DNA from: an uncultured Gemmatimonadales bacterium | GTDB lineage: Bacteria; Gemmatimonadota; Gemmatimonadetes; Gemmatimonadales; GWC2-71-9 | Direction of reading: 5' to 3' | NCBI GenBank assembly: GCA_963779755.1 | Contig: CAVZZO010000003.1 | Span: 416,001-480,000 of the forward strand | DNA length: 64,000 nt | Part shown: piece by piece, positions 27,467-37,028 of the stretch | Layout: every line of letters begins with the position of its first letter | How positions within the stretch are numbered: the stretch's first letter is position 1 | Program-made: the position numbers and the translations under genes | Notes under the pieces: model-generated | Seen by the model: only the letters and a program-made list of their open reading frames with translations | What the model was told of the DNA's origin: nothing | The model's database searches: none

Positions 27467-29455
27467 ATGCGAGATCAGACCGCCGCACGTCAGCGCATGG
27501 TCGAATCGCAGATCGCCGCGCGGGGCGTCCGCCATGCGCGCGTACTGCAGGCCATGCGAGAGGTCCCTCGCGACGCGTTCGTTCCGGAGGATCTGGCGGA
27601 GTTCGCCTACGAGGACACGGCCCTGCCCATCGAAGCGGGGCAGACTATTTCCCAACCCTATATCGTCGCACAGATGCTGGCCGCGGCCGACCCGAGCCCG
27701 GAAGCGCGCGCGCTGGAGATCGGTGCCGGTTCCGGCTATGCCGCGGCGGTGCTCTCGCGCCTGGTGCGCGAGGTCTACACGGTCGAACGGCATCCGGAGC
27801 TGGCCCGCCTGGCGGGCGAGCGGCTGCGGCGGCTGGGCTACGGCAACGCCACCGTGCGCCAGGGGGACGGCAGCCGCGGCTGGCGCGAACATGCGCCCTA
27901 TGACCTCATCCTGGTCACCGCGGCGGCGCCCGAGGTGCCGGAGTCGCTGCTGGAGCAACTCGCCCCCGGCGGGCGGCTGATCGCGCCGGTCGGCAGCCCC
28001 GAAGAACAGCGCCTGGTCCGGGTGACCCGCAACGAGTCGGGCTCGCTTTCGCGCGAGGTGCTGGAGGCGGTGCGCTTCGTACCCCTGGTAGGAAGCGAGG
28101 GGTGGCGGGAGTCCGGCGGCCGGCTGGTGCCGCCGCCGCGGCCGAGTCCCGGCGACCACGCGCTCACCCGCCTGGTGGCGGAAACCTGCCATCCGCTGGA
28201 CGACATCGACTCGGCCGAGCTGGGCTCGCTGCTGGAGCGAATCGGCGACGCCCGGGTGGTGCTGATCGGCGAGGCCAGCCACGGCACCTCGGAATTCTAC
28301 CGCATGCGGGCGCGGGTCACGCGGGAGCTGGTCGCCGAGCGCGGGTTCAGCATCGTCGCCGCCGAGGCCGACTGGCCCGATGCGGCCGCGTTCGACCGCT
28401 ATGTGCGCCATCACCCTCCAGGGCCCGCAGGCCAGCCGCCGCCCTTCACCCGCTTCCCGGTCTGGATGTGGCGCAACGAGGAGACCGCGAACTTCCTGGA
28501 GTGGTTGCGGACCTGGAACGGCGAGCAACCGGAAGAGCGGCGTGCCGGCTTCTACGGCCTGGACCTCTACAGCCTGTACGGCTCCGTCCATGCGGTGCTG
28601 GACTATCTGGACGACGTCGATCCCGGGGCGGCCCTGGTGGCCCGCACCCGCTATGGATGCCTCACCCCCTGGCAGCACGATCCGGCGGTCTATGGCCAGG
28701 CCGCCCTCTCGCCCGGCTTCCGCACCTGCGAGGCCGGCGTGGTCGCCATGCTGCAGGACCTGCTGCAGAAGCGGCTGGAGTACATGGAACAGGACGGCGA
28801 CCGGTTCTTCGGCGCCGTCCAGAACGCCCGGCTGGTGGCCGACGCTGAGCGCTACTACCGGACCATGTACTACGGCTCGGTAGCCTCCTGGAACCTGCGC
28901 GATTCGCACATGTTCGACACCCTGCGGGAGCTGCTGGCGCACCGGGGGCCGGGCGCGAAAGCGGTGGTCTGGGCCCATAACAGCCACGTCGGCAATGCCG
29001 GCGCCACCGAGATGAGCCTCCGGGGCGAGCACAATATCGGCCAGCTCAGCCGGCGCGAGTTCGGTGCGAATGCGTTCATCATCGGCTTCGGCACCGATCA
29101 CGGCACCGTCGCCGCGGCCACCAACTGGGACGACCCGATGGAGGTCAAGCAGGTGCGGGCCGCCCTGCCCCGGAGCTACGAGCGGCTCTGCCATGAGAGC
29201 GGCGTCCCTGCCTTCCTGCTGCACCTGCGGCATCCGGACCGGGAGGAGCTGCGCGAGGAGCTGCTGCCGCAGCGGCTGGAACGGGCCATCGGGGTGATCT
29301 ACCGTCCCGAGACGGAGCGGCAGAGCCATTACTTCGAGGCCGTGCTTCCCGAGCAGTTCGACGAATACATCTGGTTCGACGAGACTGCCGCGGTGCACCC
29401 GGTCCCCGCGCCGGTCAGCGCGGGCCTGCCGGAGACCTGGCCGTTCGGGGTGTGA
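27467..29455 (+). CDS. Protein-L-isoaspartate O-methyltransferase fused to an erythromycin-esterase-family domain
   Basis: N: VPRDAFV, GQTISQPYIV, LEIGAGSGY, VRFVPL; C: IGEASHGTSEF, EADWPD, WNLRD, VWAHNSH, RAIGVIY. Confidence 0.9.
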   Translation: MRDQTAARQRMVESQIAARGVRHARVLQAMREVPRDAFVPEDLAEFAYEDTALPIEAGQTISQPYIVAQMLAAADPSPEARALEIGAGSGYAAAVLSRLVREVYTVERHPELARLAGERLRRLGYGNATVRQGDGSRGWREHAPYDLILVTAAAPEVPESLLEQLAPGGRLIAPVGSPEEQRLVRVTRNESGSLSREVLEAVRFVPLVGSEGWRESGGRLVPPPRPSPGDHALTRLVAETCHPLDDIDSAELGSLLERIGDARVVLIGEASHGTSEFYRMRARVTRELVAERGFSIVAAEADWPDAAAFDRYVRHHPPGPAGQPPPFTRFPVWMWRNEETANFLEWLRTWNGEQPEERRAGFYGLDLYSLYGSVHAVLDYLDDVDPGAALVARTRYGCLTPWQHDPAVYGQAALSPGFRTCEAGVVAMLQDLLQKRLEYMEQDGDRFFGAVQNARLVADAERYYRTMYYGSVASWNLRDSHMFDTLRELLAHRGPGAKAVVWAHNSHVGNAGATEMSLRGEHNIGQLSRREFGANAFIIGFGTDHGTVAAATNWDDPMEVKQVRAALPRSYERLCHESGVPAFLLHLRHPDREELREELLPQRLERAIGVIYRPETERQSHYFEAVLPEQFDEYIWFDETAAVHPVPAPVSAGLPETWPFGV

Positions 29456-29465
29456 CGGGGAGAAA

Positions 29466-29539
29466 AGGACTGAGGACTGAGGACTGAGTGTGCCCGGGAC
29501 ACCTGTCCTCAGTCCTCAGTCCTCAGTCCTCAGTCCTCA
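29466..29539. repeat. Inverted heptamer tracts (AGGACTG)3 ... (GTCCTCA)5
   Basis: Between convergent genes; the right arm supplies the hydrolase stop codon. Confidence 0.9.
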
Positions 29540-30189
29540 ACTGGCAGATAGCGCTCAAACCACTCCGCCGCCACCTGGGCCGCCCGTTCCAGCGTGCCCG
29601 GCTCCTCGAACAGATGGCTGGCGCCCGGGATGATCACCACCTTGTGCGGTGCACGCAGTCGCTCCGCCGCCATCCGATTCAGCCCGATAACCGGCTCGTC
29701 GGCGCCGCCCACGATGAGCAGCACCGGTGCGGTGACGCCCCCCAGGTAGCCGCCCGCCAGGTCGGGCCGGCCGCCGCGGGAAACCACGGCCCGGATACGG
29801 TTGCCCAGTTGCGCGGCGGCCACCAGCGCGGCCGCGGCGCCGGTGCTGGCGCCGAAATAGCCCAGCGGAACCCCTCCCATCCGGGGCTCGTCCGCGATCC
29901 AGTCGGTGGCCGCCACCAGCCGGGAGGCTAACAGGTCGATATCGAACACGTTGGCACGCTCCCGGCTCTCCGCCTCGGTGAGCAGGTCGAACAGCAGGGT
30001 GGCCAGGCCGTGCCGCACCAGTTCGGCAGCCACCATCCGGTTGCGGGGGCTCAACCGGCTACTGCCGCTCCCGTGCGCAAAGAGTACCAGGCCGGCTGGC
30101 TGCTCCGGCGTGCTCAGGTCGCCGATCAGCTCACCGTGCCGCAGAGGGATTCGCACCGTACGCGCCGACTCCGCCGTCAGAACCGTCAT
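29530..30189 (-). CDS. Alpha/beta hydrolase (dienelactone-hydrolase-like, PRTase-associated type)
   Basis: FAHGSGSSR, GYFGASTG, VVSRGGRPDL, SHLFEEPG. Confidence 0.88.
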   Translation of the reverse strand: MTVLTAESARTVRIPLRHGELIGDLSTPEQPAGLVLFAHGSGSSRLSPRNRMVAAELVRHGLATLLFDLLTEAESRERANVFDIDLLASRLVAATDWIADEPRMGGVPLGYFGASTGAAAALVAAAQLGNRIRAVVSRGGRPDLAGGYLGGVTAPVLLIVGGADEPVIGLNRMAAERLRAPHKVVIIPGASHLFEEPGTLERAAQVAAEWFERYLPVED

Positions 30190-30360
30190 TACCTTCTCCT
30201 TTGGGAACCAGGCGACATCATGGAACCGGCGGCGTGAAGGAGGGCTGAAGCGCCGGTGAAGTCCGTGCCTGCGGAGGCTTCAACCCAACTTCACCGTCCT
30301 CTCAGGCATGCGGTGGCAGTCTTGCACACAGGTGGAGGCAACCGACAAGAGGAGAACGCC

Positions 30361-30567
30361 ATGAGCAGCATCATCAAAGTGATCGAGGTCATCGCCGAGT
30401 CCAACGAGGGCTACGATGACGCCGTGCGGAATGCCGTACAGGAGGCCGCCAGGACCGTCCAGGGTATCAAGTCGGTCTGGGTGGACAATCTGAGCGCCAA
30501 GGTCGAAAACAACCGGGTGGTGGAATTCCGGGTCAACGCCAAGATCTCGTTCGTGGTGAACGAGTAG
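30361..30567 (+). CDS. Dodecin family flavin-binding protein
   Basis: MSSIIKVIEVIAES...AVQEAARTV...EFRVNAKISF; AGGAG RBS. Confidence 0.88.
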   Translation: MSSIIKVIEVIAESNEGYDDAVRNAVQEAARTVQGIKSVWVDNLSAKVENNRVVEFRVNAKISFVVNE

Positions 30568-30589
30568 CCATTGCCGGCAGGAGGCCGGA

Positions 30590-31267
30590 ATGGTCCATTC
30601 TCCTTCGCTGCAGCCCCCGCTGTTCGCGGACCGGCCGGATGCCGCCAGGCAGCTGGGGGAACGGCTGGCCCGGTTTCGCGATTCCAACCCCCTCATCCTG
30701 GGCATCCCCCGTGGGGGCATACCGATCGCGGCGGAGCTGGCCCGGCAGCTGGGCGGCAGGGTGGACGTCCTGGTGGCACGGAAGCTCGGCGCGCCCGGCG
30801 CGCCCGAACTGGCCATCGGGGCGGTCACCGCCGACGGCGGGCGCTTTCTGAACCAGGAGATCCTGGCCCAGCTGGCCCTCCCGCCGGGATGGCTCGAGGA
30901 GGAGACCGGGCGCCAGATGCGCGAGGCGGAGCGGCGCGAACGGGCCTATCGAGGCGATCGCGCACCGCCTCTGATCCGGAACCGGACCGTGATCCTGGTG
31001 GATGATGGCCTGGCGACCGGAGCCACCATGCGGGCCGCGATCCGCAGCGTGCGGCGGCACCAGCCCGCCCGGCTGATCGTGGCGGCCCCGGTCTGCGCCC
31101 CGGACACCGTGCACCTGCTCCGGCCCGAAGCGGACGACGTGATTTGTGTCGCGACGCCGGAGCCGTTCGGGGCGGTGGGCCTGTTCTACCAGGATTTCCA
31201 TCCGGTGGACGACCGGGAGGTCCAGAAGGCGCTCGCGCTCCCAGCCGCAGAAAGGCCTGAGGTCTGA
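30590..31267 (+). CDS. Phosphoribosyltransferase-family protein
   Basis: FADR..AARQL, GIPRGG, RKLGAP..PELAIGA, VILVDDGLATGAT, AVGLFYQDF. Confidence 0.9.
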   Translation: MVHSPSLQPPLFADRPDAARQLGERLARFRDSNPLILGIPRGGIPIAAELARQLGGRVDVLVARKLGAPGAPELAIGAVTADGGRFLNQEILAQLALPPGWLEEETGRQMREAERRERAYRGDRAPPLIRNRTVILVDDGLATGATMRAAIRSVRRHQPARLIVAAPVCAPDTVHLLRPEADDVICVATPEPFGAVGLFYQDFHPVDDREVQKALALPAAERPEV

Positions 31268-31428
31268 GGCCAGTAGCGGGATAAGCACACCGGTCCGGCT
31301 CACCTGGCCCCGAGCCGCCGCCGCACCGCCAGACGGTCCAGCTTGAGGACTACCCCGTCAATTTCGACCGGCGCCGGATATCCGCCGACGTCCCCCGCCC
31401 AGTCCTCAGTGCTCAGTCCTTTGCTCTC

Positions 31429-32490
31429 TCAGTAATCCAGCGGCAGCGACACCGTCCGGCCGTCCCGGGCGGAGAGATACATGCCGATCAGCAGTTCCAG
31501 CGACCGCAGCCCTTCTCTGCCGTCGGTCTGAGGCTCGGCCTCGCCCCGGAGCGCCTGGATCACGTTTTCGTAGTACAGCGGGTGGCCGAAACCGTAAACC
31601 GATGGGGTCTGATAACTGGCGTCGCGAACCGTCGCGTCTTCCGGGGCACGGTCGGCGAATTCCCAGGTCAGAATCTCATTCACCGCCACGCCCCCGATCC
31701 GCACCGTGCCCTTCTCGCCAATAACCGTAATGGACCCCTCGTAGTTCCGCGGATAGGTCAGCATCGTCACGGCCAGCGACCCCAGGGCTCCCGAGCGCCA
31801 TTTCACGCTGGCCACCGCGGTGTCTTCGACCTGAATATTGCGGGCCAGCGTGGCCGTGAAGGCGCTGATGCTTTCGACCGGCCCGATGAGCCAGTCCAGC
31901 AGGTCCACATAGTGGCTGGCCTGGTTCATCAGGGCGCCGCCGTCGAACTCCCAGGTGCCGCGCCAGCGGGCGCTGTCGTAGTAGGCCTGGGGCCGGGTCC
32001 AGAGCACGTTCATCTGCACCAGGTAGATCCGGCCGAACCGGCGGGTCTCGCAGGCATGTTTGAGCAGCTGAATGGTCGAATTGCGCCGGTTCTGCTTGAC
32101 GACGAAGAGCATCACGCCGGCGACGTCGCAGGCGTGCACCATCGCCTTGGCGTCGTTCCACCGCGTCGCCATCGGTTTCTCCGTTACCACGTGCCGCCCC
32201 GCCTGCGCGACCTGGATTGCCTGCTCGGCGTGGATGCCGCTGGGGGTGGCCAGGACGATGACATCGGCATCGCCTCCCGCCAGCAGGGCATCCAGCGAAG
32301 GAAATCCGGGCGCCCCGGTCGCTGCCACGGCGGCCGCCAGCGCACCCCGGTCGATATCGCAGACGCCGACCAGCTCGGCGTTCTCCCGGTGCGCCGCCAG
32401 CGCCTCGAAATGCTTGCCGGAAATCCTCCCGCATCCTACCACGGCAAAGCGGATACGGCGGCCCAGAATGCGCGCGTCGGGTGTGATCAT
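31429..32490 (-). CDS. Gfo/Idh/MocA oxidoreductase (WlbA/WbpB-like)
   Basis: VGCGRIS, TPSGIH, EKPMA, VKQNR, WRGTWEFDGGALMNQASH, VYGFGH. Confidence 0.85.
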   Translation of the reverse strand: MITPDARILGRRIRFAVVGCGRISGKHFEALAAHRENAELVGVCDIDRGALAAAVAATGAPGFPSLDALLAGGDADVIVLATPSGIHAEQAIQVAQAGRHVVTEKPMATRWNDAKAMVHACDVAGVMLFVVKQNRRNSTIQLLKHACETRRFGRIYLVQMNVLWTRPQAYYDSARWRGTWEFDGGALMNQASHYVDLLDWLIGPVESISAFTATLARNIQVEDTAVASVKWRSGALGSLAVTMLTYPRNYEGSITVIGEKGTVRIGGVAVNEILTWEFADRAPEDATVRDASYQTPSVYGFGHPLYYENVIQALRGEAEPQTDGREGLRSLELLIGMYLSARDGRTVSLPLDY

Positions 32491-32562
32491 CGACTGATCC
32501 TGAAGTGGTGGAAAGGAGCGGGTATCGAGGACGATCTAATATAGCGGGCGGGGACAGGTGGT

Positions 32563-32643
32563 AAGAGACAAGGGACAAGGGACAAGGGACCAGGGACAGG
32601 GGACAAGGCCTTCCTGCCCCGTGTCCCCTGTCCCTGGTCCCCT
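32563..32643. repeat. Inverted heptamer tracts (GGGACAA)n ... (GTCCCTG)n
   Basis: About six gggacaa/gggacca units, then a complementary arm. Confidence 0.85.
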
Positions 32644-32673
32644 CTTCCGCGCCACGCTTTCTCCCGGAACGCG

Positions 32674-33135
32674 CTACGCCGCCGTAGCCTCCCCCCGCTC
32701 CGCCGCCGCATACAGGCCGCCCAGCGTCGCCCCGAAGGCAAGATTCACCAGCACGAAGGCGACGACGGGCAGCACGCCCCAGTTGATCAGGAACGGGCCG
32801 GGACGCCCGAAGCCGGGCGGAAAGGCCGGAACCAGCCACAACAGCAGGCCCAGCACGAGCATCTGGGCCACTGCGTAGCGAGCTCCCAGCTTCCAGTCGC
32901 CGTGGTGCGCCGCGTAGTGGAAGGTGGCGGCGTAGAGCCAGCCCAGGAATCCGCCCCCGATGACGAAGAGGCTGAGCCCCAGCGATCCGATCCCGCGGCT
33001 GGGCGGATGGAAGAAAAGGCTGCCGATGATGTAGGGAATGTCCACGTTGAGGCCGAACAGCCCGACCACCCAGATCACCCCGGCGGCAACCAGGCCCGCG
33101 ACAGCCCCCAGAAGAAACGAGCGGGTCCAATGCAT
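32674..33135 (-). CDS. Hypothetical four-TM membrane protein
   Basis: Hydrophobic 153-aa ORF with AGGAG RBS. Confidence 0.7.
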   Translation of the reverse strand: MHWTRSFLLGAVAGLVAAGVIWVVGLFGLNVDIPYIIGSLFFHPPSRGIGSLGLSLFVIGGGFLGWLYAATFHYAAHHGDWKLGARYAVAQMLVLGLLLWLVPAFPPGFGRPGPFLINWGVLPVVAFVLVNLAFGATLGGLYAAAERGEATAA

Positions 33136-33339
33136 GCGTGCGCTCCTGCTGACGTGTGGCTATTCCATACGCCGTTCGCCCCGGAAGGGGCTGTGATGTA
33201 GCATACAGGAGTCGCTCGTCGCTCGTCCGCAAACGTACCTGGTCGGCGAGGCTCCGCCACGACCCTGCTCATGACCGGAGCAGCCGGCGACGAGCGACGA
33301 GCGGCGCAACCCGTAACTCCCCGAACCCCTCGACCTCGC

Positions 33340-34569
33340 ATGCCCAGCCACCGTCTTGACTTTCCCGGCGCCTCGGGCGACCGGCTCGCCGCCCTGCTCG
33401 ATCTTCCCGCCGGTGCACCGCCGGTGGCCTGGGCGCTCTTCGCCCACTGTTTCACCTGCTCCAAGGATCTCAAGGCGGCGGTCTCTATCGCGCGCGAGCT
33501 CAACCGGCACCGTATCGCCGTGCTGCGATTCGACTTCACGGGGCTGGGCGAGAGCGAGGGCGACTTCGCCGGCACTTCTTTCAGCGCCAATGTCGCCGAC
33601 CTGGTCGCGGCGGCCGGCTTCATGGCCCGGGAGCACACCGCCCCCGCCATCCTGGTGGGCCACTCCCTGGGTGGCGCCGCCGTCCTGCATGCCGCGTCCT
33701 CCATCCCCTCGGCCCGGGCCGTGGCCACCATCGGGGCGCCGTTCGATCCCGCGCACGTGCGCACCTTGCTGGCCGGCACCGAGGATCTCATCCGGCGCGA
33801 GGGATCCGCGCTGGTACGGCTGGGAGGCCGCTCGGTGAGGATCGGGCGCGAATTTCTGGAGGACCTGGAGACCGGCAGGAGCGAAGCGGCCATAAGTACC
33901 CTGGGCTGTGCCCTGCTGGTGCTCCACTCTCCGGTCGACCGCATCGTGGGCATCGAGAACGCCGCCCGGATTTATCAGGCCGCGCGCCATCCCCGCAGCT
34001 TTATCGCGCTGGACGGGGCCGATCACCTGCTGAGCGATGAGGACGATGCCCGCTACGCGGCCGCCGTGCTGGCCGTATGGGCCGGGCGTTACGTGGAGAG
34101 CCCGCCGGAGGAAACGCTGGACCAGCTGCGCACCGGTTACCGGGTGACGGCGCGACTCGGCGGCGAGGGTCTGGCGACAGAGGTCATGGCGGGCGGCCAC
34201 GCCCTCACGGCGGACGAGCCGGTGGCGGTGGGCGGCAGCGACCAGGGGCCTTCGCCCTACGAGCTGGTGGCGGCGGCGCTGGGCGCCTGCACCGCCATGA
34301 CGCTGCGGCTCTACGCCGGCCGCAAGGGCTGGGACCTCCGGGAAGTCGAGGTGGGCCTGCACCACAGCCGGCTGCACGCCGAGGACGAGCGCGAGTGCGA
34401 GCACCGGCCGGCTCGAATGGACCGGCTCGACCGCCGGATCCGGCTGGAGGGGACCCTGACCCAGGACCAGCGCCGGCGCCTCCTGGAAATCGCCGACCGC
34501 TGCCCCGTGTACCGCACACTCGAAGCTGGCATCCAGGTAGTCACCGAGGAGGTGGCGCCGCCGGGATAG
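33340..34569 (+). CDS. Bifunctional alpha/beta hydrolase-OsmC family protein
   Basis: FAHCFTCSKD, RFDFTGLG, GHSLGG, GADHLL; DEP..VGG.DQGPSPY, LGACT, IADRCPV. Confidence 0.92.
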   Translation: MPSHRLDFPGASGDRLAALLDLPAGAPPVAWALFAHCFTCSKDLKAAVSIARELNRHRIAVLRFDFTGLGESEGDFAGTSFSANVADLVAAAGFMAREHTAPAILVGHSLGGAAVLHAASSIPSARAVATIGAPFDPAHVRTLLAGTEDLIRREGSALVRLGGRSVRIGREFLEDLETGRSEAAISTLGCALLVLHSPVDRIVGIENAARIYQAARHPRSFIALDGADHLLSDEDDARYAAAVLAVWAGRYVESPPEETLDQLRTGYRVTARLGGEGLATEVMAGGHALTADEPVAVGGSDQGPSPYELVAAALGACTAMTLRLYAGRKGWDLREVEVGLHHSRLHAEDERECEHRPARMDRLDRRIRLEGTLTQDQRRRLLEIADRCPVYRTLEAGIQVVTEEVAPPG

Positions 34570-34666
34570 CCCGCGTGCGAAACCGGCCGCGGGCTGGAGT
34601 GCAGCCAGACACTGAAGCCGGGAAGGGGCGCTCGCCCCCTCCCGGCCTCCTCCGCTTCCCTCCGGG

Positions 34667-35812
34667 TCAGTACAGCTGGGCCCAGCTGTGCTCCGCCAGC
34701 GGCGTCACCTTGGCGATGCCATTCAGGGCCCGCGAGATCGCGCAGGCGGAGAAGTCCACCACGGAGTTACCGCTGAACAGTGTCACACCCAGATTGGCGT
34801 TGCTGGCCATCAGGCCGCCGAAGAAGTGACCGCCGGTGCCGGTGCTTCGCACCGTTCCCTGTACAATGACCGGCCCATAGAATTCGAACCCCCCCTGCAC
34901 CGTCAAGTCTCCCTGGACCAGGAGCAGGCCCTGCCCCCGCCCGCCGGAGACATTGAGATCGCCGGGCGCGTAGATCACCGGGAAGTAATCGAAGCAGGGG
35001 CTCAGGGTATTGAGCGCATCGCCCCAGTTGAGCAGGTCGCTGGTGCGGCAGGTGACCGGCGGCCCGGCGTTGGTGGTGGGGCCGACGCCGGTAAGCGTCC
35101 CGCTGACGATCTTGTCGGCACCGGCGGCCAGCTGGCTGAAGCTGGTGCTTCCGAACTGGTTGAACGTGTTCGCGTTGATGGTGGTGTCCACCAGGATCTG
35201 GGGGCTGCCGGCGATGCAGCTGGCGCCGCTGCAGGCTCCGGAGGTCGTCACATTCCCGCTGGAGTCCCGGACGCCGGCCTGGGTCGGGCCCGGCGGGGGA
35301 CAGTAGGAGCCCCAGGTCGCCGGCACGGAATCCCGCCCGTTCACCTGGGAGGACCCGCTGATGTTGATGCCGTTCCGCACCGTGATGGCCGACTGCATGT
35401 TGATCAGCGGCAGGTCAAGCCGCGAGATGACGCCGATCCTGCGCCGCGCGAACACCCGTCCCGAGGCCACGCTGTCCAGGCCTACCGCCTGGATCAGAAA
35501 CAGACTGTTGTTGACCCGGGTGAGCGTGTCGGCGTAATAGCTCGTGCCTCCGAGGCTGACGGTGCCCAGCGGCAGGCTGGTTCCCACCGCGGTGCCGTTC
35601 CAGGCCTGAGCGTTCCAGTTGGCGATTGCGCTGGCGATGCCGGCCTCCGCCGCGTTGAGCGCCCGCACACTGGCGATGGTGTTATCGCCGGTCCGCTGCT
35701 CCAGCCGGGCCACATAGAAGCTCCCGACCGTGATGGCCCCCAGAATGACGAGCACGAACAGCACCAGGGGCAGGGCGATGCCGCGCCGGTTGCGAACGGT
35801 GGAGACGCGCAT
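34667..35812 (-). CDS. PilX-like minor pilin / pilus assembly protein
   Basis: RRG|IALPLVLFVLVIL (no Glu5), ALNAAEAG; last gene of the pilin operon. Confidence 0.8.
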   Translation of the reverse strand: MRVSTVRNRRGIALPLVLFVLVILGAITVGSFYVARLEQRTGDNTIASVRALNAAEAGIASAIANWNAQAWNGTAVGTSLPLGTVSLGGTSYYADTLTRVNNSLFLIQAVGLDSVASGRVFARRRIGVISRLDLPLINMQSAITVRNGINISGSSQVNGRDSVPATWGSYCPPPGPTQAGVRDSSGNVTTSGACSGASCIAGSPQILVDTTINANTFNQFGSTSFSQLAAGADKIVSGTLTGVGPTTNAGPPVTCRTSDLLNWGDALNTLSPCFDYFPVIYAPGDLNVSGGRGQGLLLVQGDLTVQGGFEFYGPVIVQGTVRSTGTGGHFFGGLMASNANLGVTLFSGNSVVDFSACAISRALNGIAKVTPLAEHSWAQLY

Positions 35813-35823
35813 GGCTGGGCCTC

Positions 35824-36663
35824 TCAAGGATGCGGGGTATTCCGCAGAGTGATCGACGCGACGGTACTGTCCTGCAACAGGCGAACGTTGGCGCCGCCGG
35901 CGGGATGCACCTGCCGGTCGCTCACTCCGCGGATGGTAAGCTGGATATTGCGGACCCGGCCGGCAACGCCGGTCACGTTGCCCAGCGAGTCGAGATAACT
36001 GAAAACCAGACCATTGGCGTTCAGCGGGCCGGCGACCTCCTGCATCGCCTGCCCCGCGCTTACCGAGCGGGCACCCAGGAAGGTCTTGCCGCCGGCGGTG
36101 GTCGTCCCCAGCTCCATCACCTCCGACACGCGGACCGGCGCGTCGAGCACGAAGGAGGTGAGGGGGATGCCGGTGGGGACGAGGTTCACCCCGAAATGGA
36201 TTGCGGCAGATCCGCCGCAACTGCTCGAGAGATTCACCGCGTTGATGGGTACCTCAATCCACTGGTCGTCGGTCGCGATCGTGGGATCGCCTTCCACGAA
36301 GATCAGCAGGTTGTCCCCCGGCACCGGGGGACGCAGGGCGCTGAACCGCGTCCGGCGGACCCGGACGTAGTCGTTCTGGATATCGCAGGCAAATCCGGTG
36401 GCCCGCAGGGCGCGATAGGTAATGGCGTTCGCGCTCATGCTGACGATATCCGAGGCCCCGCTGCTGGAAGCGCCCAGCTCCCGCAGTTCCTCCCCGGCGA
36501 CGGAGGCGATGGTCCGCACCCCGCTCTGCAATCCGACCTGCTCCGTCTGGGCCGTCGAGACCCGCTGCTGCTGGTTCAGCACCCGATAGATCGCGGCACT
36601 GACGATCGCCAGAAGCACCAGGGCGACGAGCATCTCGACCAGCGTAAAGCCACGGCGGGTCAT
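35824..36663 (-). CDS. PilW-like minor pilin
   Basis: RRG|FTLVEMLVAL type III signal. Confidence 0.85.
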   Translation of the reverse strand: MTRRGFTLVEMLVALVLLAIVSAAIYRVLNQQQRVSTAQTEQVGLQSGVRTIASVAGEELRELGASSSGASDIVSMSANAITYRALRATGFACDIQNDYVRVRRTRFSALRPPVPGDNLLIFVEGDPTIATDDQWIEVPINAVNLSSSCGGSAAIHFGVNLVPTGIPLTSFVLDAPVRVSEVMELGTTTAGGKTFLGARSVSAGQAMQEVAGPLNANGLVFSYLDSLGNVTGVAGRVRNIQLTIRGVSDRQVHPAGGANVRLLQDSTVASITLRNTPHP

Positions 36664-37028
36664 GTGCAGTCCAGGATAGTGTTGGTGGTGTCGGCGGCCG
36701 TCCCGCGGTGGGTGCGGTAGCTGACGATCACCCGCACGTTGCGCGAGAACCCGCTGCCGGTGACGGTCCAGACCTCGCTGGTGCCGTTGGTTCCGGTAGC
36801 CGAGCCGCTGGCCAGACTGCTGCAGCGGGGCGACGTCGCATTGGCGGTCCGGCGCAGCAGTTCCAGACGGTTGAGCGCCGTCTGGGCGGCAGCCGTGAAG
36901 CGCCGCCCCTGGCCCAGCATCTGGAACGAGAGGCCGCCAGACGTGGCCAGCGCGAGGATTCCCACGCTCAGCACGATGATGGCGATGAGGACCTCGACAA
37001 TGGTAAAGCCCCGGCGGTCGCCCGTCAT
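36660..37028 (-). CDS. PilV-like minor pilin
   Basis: RRG|FTIVEVLIAIIVLSVGILAL; ATG at 37028. Confidence 0.85.
   Translation of the reverse strand: MTGDRRGFTIVEVLIAIIVLSVGILALATSGGLSFQMLGQGRRFTAAAQTALNRLELLRRTANATSPRCSSLASGSATGTNGTSEVWTVTGSGFSRNVRVIVSYRTHRGTAADTTNTILDCT

Noticed and set aside
26381..29398. 1005-aa minus-strand ORF and similar long antisense ORFs (9106-11283, 12614-14626, 20316-22316, 52588-54528)
   Set aside because: Shadow frames opposite clearly recognisable genes, as expected in high-GC DNA; no motifs
28150..29455. Erythromycin resistance gene
   Set aside because: Family-level similarity only; fusion to Pcm and the context argue against a dedicated Ere enzyme
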